Under the pieces are notes generated by a model. That model saw only the letters and a list, made by a program, of their open reading frames with translations. It was not told the DNA's origin and searched no databases. From assembly GCA_051294375.1 (NCBI GenBank), contig CM119265.1, forward strand, positions 15,719,201 to 15,783,200: a stretch of 64,000 nt of DNA, given 5' to 3'. The stretch is from Paraspadella gotoi. Lineage: Eukaryota > Animalia > Chaetognatha. The translations under genes were made by a program, and so were the position numbers. Shown here piece after piece: positions 12,581-25,300 of this stretch; within the stretch, counting starts at the first letter, position 1, and each line of letters opens with the position of its first letter.

Positions 12581-12812
12581 GTAAGTGAAGTTTGAACGAC
12601 GCCAAGGTTGAACCGTAAATATTAGAAGAAGTGCTTTTGCAAAGAAGGTTTAAAACTAAAATTAGATATTTTCCTTTTGTGAGTTGAGGTGAGTGAGGTC
12701 TCATGGACAATTATTTTTATATCGGTATCTTAAATGAACAATTTTGCTGTCAATTTATAAAGAAAGGACTTGTCCCGCGACGGAAGAATTAGGACGTTTT
12801 AGTTTGACTTAC

Positions 12813-12972
12813 GAACCTCGTAGGACACAGGATTTTAGGCAAGATTCAAGAACGCGAGAACGCAGAAGAATATTCAGCGTCAAGAAAGGAGACTTGAGAT
12901 TCAGTTGAGACTCCTTAACTGTGGGAATTCTGGACGCTTTTTGTCGCGTAATATTTCGACGGAAACTAGAAT
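12813..12972 (-). other. Candidate antisense exon
   Basis: On the minus strand a long (CT)n tract plus TAG acceptor at 12974-12973 and a consensus GTAAGT donor at 12812 enclose 160 nt with one open frame. Confidence 0.3.
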
Positions 12973-13809
12973 CTAGAGAGAGAGAGAGAGAGAGAGAAAC
13001 CAGAAGAAAAAAAAAGAATTGAGTGAATAAATAAAAAAAGAAAAAAGTTAGTAATCTCATTTACATATTGTAGTATTCGGGTTTCGTATCGAAAGATTGA
13101 CATAATACTCGTTAAAGTCTGCGACAACAAAAAAATTCCAATGATTTTTTATAAAAAAACATTTAAATTGCATTTTAAACAAAATAGTTTCTCATTTTTG
13201 AGCAAACTTTTGCTTACTACATATAATATCGTTTGGCAAGCGGTCGCTCTTTGCGAGTTGTTTTATATCGAGAATTGAAAATTCCAGAGGGAGATGCCCT
13301 TATTTGCATAATACCGATAGTATTTGGAATGGGTTTGTTAAGTCATTTCAATCCCATAATTCATATTACTAAGTGAAACCTCTTTCATAACTCGTTTTCT
13401 TTTATTCATATAATTACGGAGAGAAAAAAGAAAAGACAAAGACGATCAAAGTCACGGTCGTTGATCCGAGACCAGCGCCCCCAGTGTCCATCTCTGCCCA
13501 TTTTCATTGGCGTCTCCTCAACTGGCGTTTTTCCAAGGGCGCTTTCCCCGGGCGGCCTCGTTTCCGGCGCTCTTTTATCGGCGTCCGTTTGTCGCCGACG
13601 AAAGTGACAAAAAGTTGTTTCCGACTCATTTCTTTTCTTCGCTCTCTCTCTCTCTCTCTCTCTCTCTCATCTCTCCTCTCTCTCTCTCTCTCTTTCTCGC
13701 TCTTCTCTCGCTCTGTCTCGCTCTCTCTCCTCATCGCTCTCTTTCTTCACGATTATTTCGTTGTTTCAAATTCTTTCACTTTCCCCTTTTCTGATCTGAA
13801 ACTTTCGTA

Positions 13810-13970
13810 CTTTCTTTCTTTCTTTCTTTTCTTCTTTTTCTTTTTCTTTTTCTTTTTCTTTTTCTTTTCTTTTCTTTTCTTTTCTTTTCTTTTCTTTTCT
13901 TTTCTTTTCTTTTCTTTTCTTTTCTTTTCTTTTCTTTTCTTTTCTTTTCTTTTCTTTTCTTTTCTTTTCT
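13810..13970. repeat. (CTTTT)n/(CTTTTT)n polypyrimidine microsatellite
   Basis: Directly visible. Confidence 0.92.
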
Positions 13971-14220
13971 CCTTTATATTCTCCAGCCCCTTCTCTTTCT
14001 TCCCGAATCGTTTAAGTGTTTTGTCGTCCCCAAAGAAGACCTGCCCCCCATCGGACTTTCCTCCGCCCACCGAGTCGGGCGACTATTTTCGTCCTCTTTT
14101 TTCTCCATTTCTTTCTCTTTCTCTTCATCGTCATGGCTTTCGTCATTGTTGCCTTCGTTGTCCCTTGTTGTCGTTGTTGTTATTTGAACCGGCGTCTTCG
14201 TCATCATAGTCGCCATCATA

Positions 14221-14259
<39 letters not shown>

Positions 14260-15979
14260 GTCTTCATCGGTTTTTTTTTTCATTTTTCAATGACATTGTT
14301 TATGATCGTCATCATCTCTTTCAACTCATCATCTTCCATTTTCTTCTCATTGATCCTTTCGATTTCTCCCTTTTCAGTGTCCACTGCCCACCGCCCACAG
14401 CCCACTGCCCACTGCCCACTCTTTGTCAATCATGAATCTCCCCCCTTAAAAGAAAGCATTCCCCGCGGCGTTTTCCAAAAAACCTTCGTCGCTGAGTGGC
14501 GAAGGAAAGGACGTTTGCACACGTTTGCACACGTTTGCACAGTTCTCACACATACCATCAATTATTTCCTTTCTCGTTCTCTGAGTCTCACTCCTTCCTC
14601 TCCAATTTCTTTCCTTCGTTCTAGTATACAAATTCTTATTCCCATGGAACCATGCGATCTCTCTCTACCCTTTTCTATCTCCAAATTCCTTCGATTCCAT
14701 TCCGTTCCATTCCATTCCTTCATTCTCCTTTCTTCTCGGCCTCTCTTCTCTCCTTTCCACGACTTCGACTCTCTTCTCCTTTCCGAGAATCTTTTATGTT
14801 TCTTCTCATTGCCGACGGCGCGTTGACCTTTGCCGTCCTCATCCCTCCTTCAGTTCTTGCTATATATCGCTCCTATTTTTTTCCCTCTTTGTCTCTGTCT
14901 CTGTCATTGTCTCCCCGTCTCTCCTGCCATCGTCATCTTGCGTCCCCAGCTCCACCCTCCATCTCCCTACGCCTCCTTTCCAATAAAAGGTGCATCGTAT
15001 TTCTGATTAATATCGATGAACGGTTTTTTTTTCCTTTTTCCCTCCGCTGTTGCTCCGCTGGTCTAAGACTCGTTTGTTTCTGTCACGGCATCGAATATCT
15101 GATTCATAAAATTCTATGCGTTCCACCTTTCTGTTTTTGTTTTTTCAAGATTCTGTTTTGTTTTTCGTTTTGTTTACGTTTTCCGTTGCTGTTTGCTCTC
15201 GCAATTGCTCTTCCTAGGGTCAGTTTTGGTTCGTTTTGTTTTTCTTTGTTTACTAGTCGACGACTCGATATTTTCACAAGTTTGTTTCAAAGCGATTTCT
15301 GGTTTTAACAGGATCATGACACGCCCATTAAATTATCCATAGACAAAAAAAAAAATCCCCCGCGAATCACACTATCTCCAGCAGCCAGCATTTTATCAAG
15401 CCTTTCATAATCCACTCTGCAGATGCGTTCCGCTCTCTCTTCCTTCTTCCAACTCGAAAAAAACGTTTCAATTCGAGTTTCCCCTTTACGTGCCTCCGTC
15501 TAGACTTTTCCGCCGTCGTTGTCGTTGTCGTCTTCGGTTTTTCCGACTACCGGTGTTCCGGTTGTTGTTGTTGTCGTCAACCCGCGGTTCCATGACCTCT
15601 CATAAAACTGACCAGGGAAGCCGAGACGTCAGAGGATGAAGGAAATGCTCGACATGTTATGGAGTATTACCAAGAGGTGATTATTTGTAAATAGAAAGAA
15701 ATGTCAAAAGTTGTTTTCAACTCTTAATTCGGTCGACTTGAATCACCGTCACTTTTGTCTGTCCATCGAATGTTCCCGCTCCTCATTCTTGGCCCTGCCC
15801 TGCTCTGCCCTACCCTGCCGCTCCTAACCCTCGAAGCTGCCTGATTAATCTCATAATCGTTTCTTCCCTCACCGTCTGTATCTCTTGTCTCGTCCACCCG
15901 GATAAAAGGATGTCTCTCCTCCACAGACAGACATTTCAATTCAATGTCTTAGAGGGACTCGGGCAATGTCATAACTGGA

Positions 15980-16016
<37 letters not shown>

Positions 16017-17901
16017 GGCTCCTAATAAAGAAACGTGTTCTTCATTAATTCCTCCTTTCACCTCAGCGAAGATGAGTCGGCGACGACGACGACGTAAATT
16101 ACCTCGCGCCCTCTCGTCTCCGTCGAGAGAGGGGCGCGCCCTCGACTCGTCTTGTGGGGGAGAAAAAAAAAAGATTGACTACAACGACGACATCGGAAAG
16201 AGTTGGACGCGATTAATATGCGGTGGGCGTGGCAACAGCTTTTCCCTTCGTCGCGCCTCGATTCATCTCGCGTTTTAAAAACTTCTTTTTATCGCTCGCA
16301 GTTTTCAAATGACGAGGGGGAGGGAAAAAAAACACTTTTTTAAAGTCTAAAAATGTTAAAATTCGACTTTTTTTAAAAGTTAAAGTTGGAATTTCAGATC
16401 TGTGAGATTTGGATTTTTTTAACAACTCAGACGCCGTTGATTACATGTCGGAATTGCAATACGCGAATTTTTTTAATTTTTATCGTTTTGTAGATTTTTG
16501 AAATAAAAATGGAAAGTGAGAAACTTGCGTCGTCTTTGCCTGACTCCGTCTAATGTTCTCTTTCGATCTTGAAAGCAAAAAAATACATTTGATTTTGTCT
16601 TTTTGTTTTCGTCTCAAGAAAACAAATTCTCATTTTTCTCTTCTCTTGTTTTTCCTAAAAAAAATATTCCTTTTGTTGACGAAAGGAAGGAAATGCGTCG
16701 CTAATGGAAAAAGATATCGAAAAAGTGAGATTGGGAGACACAGAAAGTGGATGGGGAACCGTGAGGAAGCGAGAGGGAGTCGAGATGCAAATTGTGAGAA
16801 AACAATACACGATTAAATGAAATAGGAAGGGAGAAACGAGAATAATAGAGGGAAGGGGAAAGAGGGAAAAGGGAAAGAGACTAAAACAATNNNNNNNNNN
16901 NNNNNNNNNNNNNNNNNNNNNNNNNNNNNNNNNNNNNNNNNNNNNNNNNNNNNNNNNNNNNNNNNNNNNNNNNNNNNNNNNNNNNNNNNNNNNNNNNNNN
17001 NNNNNNNNNNNNNNNNNNNNNNNNNNNNNNNNNNNNNNNNNNNNNNNNNNNNNGAGAAAAAGATAAAGGGTTGGAAGAAAAAAAGGAGGAGACTCCAAAT
17101 TTGCAGTTTCCCGTTAGATTTCGCGCCAGCGTATCAGGGTAAGCTGCTTCCACGAGGACGGTTCTCAACTGGGATGACACACTCTGCCTCCTTGGTGAAA
17201 AGAAAGAAAGNNNNNNNNNNNNNNNNNNNNNNNNNNNNNNNNNNNNNNNNNNNNNNNNNNNNNNNNNNNNNNNNNNNNNNNNNNNNNNNNNNNNNNNNNN
17301 NNNNNNNNNNNNNNNNNNNNNNNNNNNGAGAGAGAGAGAGAGAGAGAGATAGATAGAGAGACTCGTTCGGGATTTATCTGTCAAAAGTAGATGGAAGATT
17401 AAGATAATATTGCTATAGAAAGCCGTTGGTGACAGCGTCATCGGAAACGCATTGTTTTTTACGCCCTCATCCATAGTCGGGGATTACATATCAATAAAAA
17501 AGATAAAAATAGACACATAATAATATACTGACAATATTATTTTTTTCCCCCTTTTTTCCATTTATTATCCCTCGCTCATTTCTCACCAATCCCCCTGTCC
17601 CTACGCCACCAAACTCGTCCCCTTCTCCTCACCCGCCACGCCCTCTCGTCTTCATCAGGTAAGTTCATTTTCCTTTAACCGGTCGTCGTCCTCGTCGTCG
17701 TCGTCGTCGTCGTCGTCTTTGCCGTTATCATCTTCCTCTTCAAAATCATCATCTTTCCGGTCGCGAAACGCCTATCATTTTTGATTACCGTCGTCGTCGT
17801 CGTCGACGTCTTTTACTTCTTAACGTCTCTTGCGCCCCACCCTTTGATATCTCGTTTTTATCGTCGCCCATCCCGACCCGGGTTTTATTTTCTATCATTT
17901 A

Positions 17902-17934
<33 letters not shown>

Positions 17935-19019
17935 GTCAGACGGAAATTCTCTAAAAGTCAAAGATGAGTGCTTTCTTGATTTTCTTTTTCATCGTCGTCG
18001 TCGCCATCGTCATCGTCGCCATCGTCGTTGTGATCACGATAGATGGCCTCATAAACTTGAGTCGCCTATTTAGTGACCTCATAAAGGCAAGGCGCGCCTT
18101 TTCTCCCCGGCGTCATCCGCAGGTGGCGCTGACTTACTTTGCGGCGTCGTTTTTAGTGGCGCCGCTTTTGTAGCGGCGCGATTGATGAAACCAGAGATTG
18201 CCACGTTGGGTGGAGTAATACAATTATAGTATCGTCCAGAAGAGCGCCAAATAATGGGCATATAACAATTTTGTGTTTTTAAAGCGTGATACGGACATGT
18301 TCATACGCACCATTGCATAATGCATATATTGAATTTAATTATGCTCTTAAGGTGAAGTGGGTACTGTTGTGTTTTTTTTCTTTTCTCTTCTTTTCTTTTC
18401 GTTTCTTTTTTTTTTCCTTTTTCTTCTCAAATCCTATTTTCTTTTCTTTTTTTCTTCTTTTCTTTTTTCTGCCGCCTTTTGTTCGAAAGAAGTTACCTCG
18501 TTATCTCTGCCTTCTGACGTCAAGGGCCAAAATGAAGACGACGTCAGCGACGACGACGACGTCAACGACGACGACGACGATTCGAATTGAACAACAACAA
18601 CGACGACGACGGCGACGAGGGGACGAACGTTATCTCGTCTCTCCCGCCGACGAAGGACGAAAAATCCGTCGCGTCTGCAGATTCCATTTTGTTTAGTGAC
18701 CCTTTCGGTCGAGAGACGGCGCTTCGGTCGCAGACGACGACGAAATTTCGAAACAACGAGGCGCTCATATATATTTATTTCGCTTCGATGCTATTTTGTT
18801 TAGCCTTGTGTAGACTTAAAGAGAGTTTTTTTCCGACCGAAAGGATCATGGGCGCTTAGCTCGGACCTTATTGAGTATTCCACACCAAAGCAGCTTCTTT
18901 GCTATCCACGACGCCATTCGATCGAAAGCGAACAACTCTTTTAAAATCAGAAGAAACCGCCACTTCGATTTCCTTTCCTCCGGCTTTAAGGCCGCCTCCG
19001 CCGCTGTCACCAATTCCTC

Positions 19020-19020
19020 T

Positions 19021-19082
<62 letters not shown>
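19020..19082. repeat. (GCC)n microsatellite
   Basis: About 20 perfect GCC units. Confidence 0.95.
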
Positions 19083-20054
19083 GGTCGACGTCGCGCTCCA
19101 TTTTACGTCCTAATTTGTTTTTCCGGTTTCATTTTATTTTCCTCGATTTAAATCCCGCCAAATAATTTCTTTTTTTTTAAACGCCGTTATTATCGTGAGG
19201 TTTTTAATCGGTTTCTGGGTTGGGCCGGAAAATCTTTAGGGGAAACTTTACAAATTCTTCGATTGTTGATTTCTCTTTAATTTTGATTAAATAAACTAAT
19301 GGAATCATTTATATTGTCAGTGAACAAGGATGAAATGTTGGAAGGAAACCCCAATGTCATTTTATTTATATCGAAGATTTTAACATACCCGTTCCTTGTC
19401 TCCAATACATGACGTATTCCCTTTCATCTCCATCCCCCACTCCTCATCGTCACCATTTTTGCCACCAACCGGTCCTCGTTAAACTTTCACACATTTTCTC
19501 CATTTTTTCATTCATTCATTAATTCATTTCCCCCCCGAATTTTGTGCTTCTAAACCTCAAAAAACCGAGATTTTTAAACCTGAAAAAACCTCGAAAACTG
19601 GATTTGTGAGATGCAATTCGCTTCCCGCCTTTTTCTTCTTCAATTTCTGCTATGAATTTTTTAACTTGCGTTTCGCGTTATTTTGCGTCTTACATAAATT
19701 TTTTCTCAATTTTAGCCTTAGTTTTTAAAATTTTAACTTTTCTTATTTTTATATTTTCTTCTCTTTCGCTTCGAGAACAAACGGAAGAGTTCTTAGAGAC
19801 TGAAGGACACCAGCTGCGGTACTAGAGTTAGTCTTTTGTTTAAAAATTTGCATATAAAATAAAGAGGTTGTCATATGGTTCTCGCGTAAAAATTTGTTAA
19901 AAGTTAATTTTAATTAAACAGACAAGAGGCGTCTAATCCCAGGTGTAACGTAAAAAGCGGAAGCTGGGAATCCTTTGGCGGGATGATTAACAACAACCTT
20001 AAAGTCAACCAAGCGGCGCCAGAGGAGCTCTCTCTCTCTCTCTCTCTCTCTTCT

Positions 20055-20127
<73 letters not shown>

Positions 20128-20949
20128 GATTTCTCATTACGAAACCGATTCTGTCGCTCGACTCAAATAAAATTTTAAGCAGATTAAAAAAAAAAAGTCG
20201 ATCCGATTTAACTTCGCAAAATCATTTGGGTTCGAAAATAAAAATGGAAATCGATGAAGCCCTGGATTCTCTGCGAATTCTTCGCCAGCACCGATTCCTA
20301 TCTTTAATCATTCACGAGAATTATTTCACACTTTGTTTCTTTACCAGTTGTGATTCCTTTACGAACCAGAGACGAATGGAATTAAAGGCTTGCCGATGGC
20401 CAGTGGCCACTCGACGTTGAACGCTGTCACTAAATCAGCTTCTCTTCCTGGCCTTAATGAGGAACTGCGCGTGGGTGAGATGTCTCGAAATTGAGTTGTG
20501 AAGAAAGAGGAAGAGGAGATGACACCCTCTGTTGAGGGTGAACGAAATTAGGTGAAAGTGAAAAAGGGAAGAAGATTCGAGGGGAAATGAAAAAAAAATG
20601 GAAACAATTAAGAAGCGAATTAAAATGGAAAAAAGAAAAGAAGAAATTCTCGATACGAGAGACGAGATCTAATGTTGGTGATGAAAGAAGCGGGAGAAAA
20701 GTTGAGGACCTGGAAATGAAAAGTTTTAATCAAGGGAACAACGCTCCTCCGCTTTCCTCCTCCTATTTCCTCCTCCTCCTTCCTCCTCCTTCTTCCTCCT
20801 CCTCTTCCTCCTCCTCTTCTTCCTCTACCGGCGACTCACCATCTCAGTCACCAGAGTCACCTCGTCTCCTGACTTTTCTTCACGATACATTTCTTTTAAC
20901 GGCGCGAATTACTGTCCACCTCCGAGTATCTTCAATAATCCCGTGAGCG

Positions 20950-22367
20950 CATATTCACCTGCAAGCGAAATAGTAGTTCCGCCCACGACGCAGAACGCTT
21001 TATATAATGTAACATAGCGCAGACTATCCAGTTTCGCCTCTATCGATACTCGGGCTCACAGAGGCAAAGAGGGAAGTCGCTCTTGCGCACCCGCACATCG
21101 TCATCTTACCTCAAAAATTGAAAAAGAAGACAGTGAGCTGTCTGTGGTGGGAGACGAACAAACAGAACACAGTATATTGGTCATTACCAACAGGAGTTAG
21201 CGAGATTCACGCGCAAGCTACGAATTCAGAGAACATCCTCACACGCCAACCTTGAAATTGACATGAAGTGGGCACCTCACAGAGAGCGCTATCAACAACT
21301 CAATAACCCTCCTGAATTTCTGCCCCATTAGAAGGAGAAATAATCGCAAAAAAGACCGCATCAAGTTAATGCCACTTCAAATCTGGCGCCCATCGGGGGC
21401 GGATGTGCAAACTCAACGCGCGGATTTTAAAAACTTGTTTTTTTTTATCGCTCCGGCAGTTTCAAATGACGAGGGGGAGGAGTAAAAGCAAAATAAATTA
21501 CATTCTTTTTTTCAATAAGTCTAAACTATGAATATGTATGATTAAAAAATACTTCGAATCCCCTATTTTTTCATAGAGGTGTGTAAATATGGAGGAATTT
21601 CAATCTGTAGTGAGATATATATATGGCACTCAAATCTTTTAATTATTTAAGAAACTACGAAACTCAGACGCCGGTTTCATCCTAGAATTCTTATCTATCT
21701 CCGGTTATATCGTTTGCAAATACTGCGCTGCGAATTTTATTTCCTCATCTTATATCGTTGTAAGACCTTTTTACATATATTAAAAATGGAAAGTGAGAAA
21801 CTTGCTGATATACTGTCCCTCTGCATGCTGCACCTCCCCGCGTCTACATTCTTCCTTTCGATCTTGAAAGCACGACATATCAAAAATTTTCTACATCCTT
21901 TTGACGTTTCTGTCCTCTTTGTTCTCTTTTCTCAGAAAACACTAAATCTCTTCTATTCTCTCTTTCTCTTTGTTTTCCTATAATACACCACACCGAATTA
22001 TTCCTTTTGGATGTACGATATATATGGCGACAAAGGCAGAGAATGCTCGCTCGCGACTGACACTAAGAGAGAGTCGAGAAAAAGATATCGACGAAAAAGA
22101 ATTTAGGGACTAATGGGCACAAAGTACCACTAGATTAAACTAGTGACGTAGGTGGAACTAGGACATAAATCTCTCAGGAGAGTTCGGTCGGTACCATAAA
22201 AGCCAAGAGCGTGGAGAAGCCGAGAGGGAGTCGAGAGTGCAAATTGTGAGAAAACAATACACGACTTAATGAAATAGGTAAGGAGAAAAACGAGATAATA
22301 GAGGGAAGGGAAGAGGGAAAGGGAAAGAGACTAAAACAATGGAAAGAAAAGAAAGAGAGAGGGGAGA

Positions 22368-22398
<31 letters not shown>

Positions 22399-25300
22399 AT
22401 GAGAGAGAAGAGAGAAATAAAGTACTTGAAGAAAAAGGAGGAGCTCAGGGAGGGAAGAGAGAAGTTGCACCTGTAGACGGTCACTGGATCCTAGTTTAAG
22501 CTAGAGAATGGTGGACACGCCAGAGAAAGCGACGACCGATGACGTGGAGAACGAGAGACTAGAAAAAGAGTGACGGCAGGGTTACAAAGGAGGTGATAGA
22601 GACAAGAAAAAAGAAAGAGAGGACAGACTTTCTGCATATACTCTCGAATGTTTCTCTCCGCGGGATTAATTTTCAGCTTGACTTCAGTGCGTTATCTTAG
22701 TCTTTCCCGCTCCGACTTCTAGAATCGCTGAGACTTCCACAAGGCGGACAGAGTTTCGTGCAAGCATGGGGAGCGAATGTACCGACACATCCTCGCCCTC
22801 CTGGTGAATGAGCAAACTTCACACGCACCACAGGGAAAGAAGGAGTGCGAGTGACGGCCGAAGTATGATTGAGAGAGAGACCGTACCTCGGCGAGAGACA
22901 GATCGTGTAGTATGTGAAGAAGCGAGCACTTGGTTACACGGAAGAAAGACCCCGGGTCCAGAAGAGACACCCGGAGAGAACGAGCGAGATAACGTTTATG
23001 AGAGACTCTTTCCGGTGGGATTTTATCTAGGTAGTCTCTCTATCAAAGTAGAAAAGGATGGAAGATTTATCCCCGATAATATCTTCCTCTCAGAGCAATC
23101 CGGATCATCAGAAAAGCCGTGTGACAGCGTCACGGAAACGCATTCGTTTTTTTTATAACCCGACCCTCATTCCATAAGTTCGACCCGTCCCGATCCCACC
23201 GATATCAACCTATATAATAAGAGGATGAAAATAACAACAATGAATAATATAACTGACGGAATTATGATGTATTTTTTTCCCCGGCTTTTTCCAATATTAA
23301 ATTAAATCCCTCGCCTCTATTCATCTACCCAAAATCACACCCGTGGTGTCCCTGACTGCCGCACCTACACGCAAACTACGTCCCCTTCGTGCCCTCACCC
23401 GCACAGTCTCCCTCTCGTCTTCATTCCAGGTGCTAGACGTTGCAGTTGTTCCGTTTTGACCGAGCTCGAGTCGTTACCTTCGTTATTCGGCTCGTAGCGT
23501 CTCCGTGGCGTTTCCTGTCTTTTTCTGTATGATACACTCCATCTCTCTCTCTTCATATATCAATCACTTATCCTATTGCTTGTCCGGTCGCGAAACGCCT
23601 ATATTTTTGATACCGTCGTCCGTCGTCGCTCTCGACGCGTCTATTGAACTGTTGCTTAACGTCTCTTGTCGCCGACCGACACTCTGGAGCTATCTCCCGG
23701 GCTAGTGGATATGTCCTCAGACTCGCCTCCCATCGCGGACCCGGGTTTATTTTACTATCATTTTTGTAACGATCGACACTCGCGTGCGTTAACTCACTCA
23801 CTTCGTCGTCGTTCGTCAGCGCTACGTCGTGTTCTATGACACCAGAGCATTCTAATCTTAAAAGTCCAAGTAAGATGATGGGTGCCATTTCTTGGATTTT
23901 GATCTATTTTCAACGTCGTCCTACCGCTTGTCGGTCAGATTCATCATGCCAGTCTGCGGTATGTAGAATCACGAATTGAGTAATGAACCCTCGATACAAG
24001 ACATCGTTATCTACTATTCTCGGATGACTCTAGTAAAGGCAAGGCCGCGCTTTCTCTCCCGGGCTGTACTAATCGTTCGAATGGGTGGTCTGCATGATAT
24101 TTCTTTATCTACTCTCCGTGATGTGCGTGTACGTTATCTTTTAGTCTAGACGCAGGCTTGATATTAATATTTAAGTAGACGGGAGGCTGCGCATTGTATA
24201 GACACCTATGTGTTTTAGTATTGTACACACAGTTTGAGTATACGTTAGATAATATAGTCTTACCTATTTACCCCCGCGTTTTCCCTGAGTAATCGTCCCT
24301 TAGCAACGTGTAGCGCACAAAAAAAATAATCATGGCAAATATAGGTTAACAATTTTTGCGATCCGTTTTTTCTACAAAGCGTGATACGGACATTTGCTCA
24401 TACGCAATCTTCATCTTGCTATAAAATAGCTACGCTTATTACTTCTTGACCATAATATTTATAGCGTAACTTAAGGTGAAGTGATCACGCTCCAATGAAG
24501 CATTGTCTGTGTTATTAAATAATATCTCTATTTCTCTTCTTATTACATTAATTATTCTCGGGTTTCGTTTGTTGTTTGTCCTTTTCTTATCTCCACAAAT
24601 CCCCACTCACCTTTCTCTTTTTCTTTTTTTTTCATATTTTTAACTTCAAATTTTTCTGCCGTCTTCTTTTGTTCTTGGACACAATAGTTAACACTCCCTG
24701 TTTTTTAACTTAGTCCCTTTGTCCTTTCAGCTTTTGACTAGATCTCATTACCCTTCTTGGGTTGCCTCCAAAGTTAAAACCCACTACTAGCTTCGACCTC
24801 TCAAAGAACCCTGACGACGACACTGTTCACACGAGAAGCGACTGTGCCACAAAATTCACAAATCCTTTGTATGACATACTCTCACACACACGGACGACGA
24901 CTCGACTTTTCCGAAAGCGAATCGCCTGACTGTTGACAACCGCTCAAAGCCGGCTATATCCGCGTCTACATCTCCTGCCGCCTGTGTAATGACTAGAAGA
25001 TCTGAAAGATCACTCACTCCGACAGTCTGCTAGATTCACAATTTTGTATAAAGATAATGACCCTTCGGGTTACTGCAGAGACGAACGGTCTCGCTTCTCT
25101 ATGATACACAGCGAACTCTATCTACAAGAAAACTTCGCGCACAAACACCCAACTAACTACGCACGGCGAACTCATACATCACTACAAATTTAATCACCTT
25201 TCTGCTTCTGAGTCGATAGTCTGGAATAGCGCCAGTATCGTGCGGTGTATTACATATGACCGTTTCGGCTCGTGATGACTCTTTACACAGACGTATCGAG

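Noticed and set aside
13484-15308. Long F/S/L-rich ORFs resembling membrane proteins
   Set aside because: Stop-free only because they are CT-rich microsatellite or low-complexity DNA
15615-15676. Possible plus-strand exon EAETSEDEGNARHVMEYYQE
   Set aside because: Very short and its phase does not join the 12580 donor; unsupported
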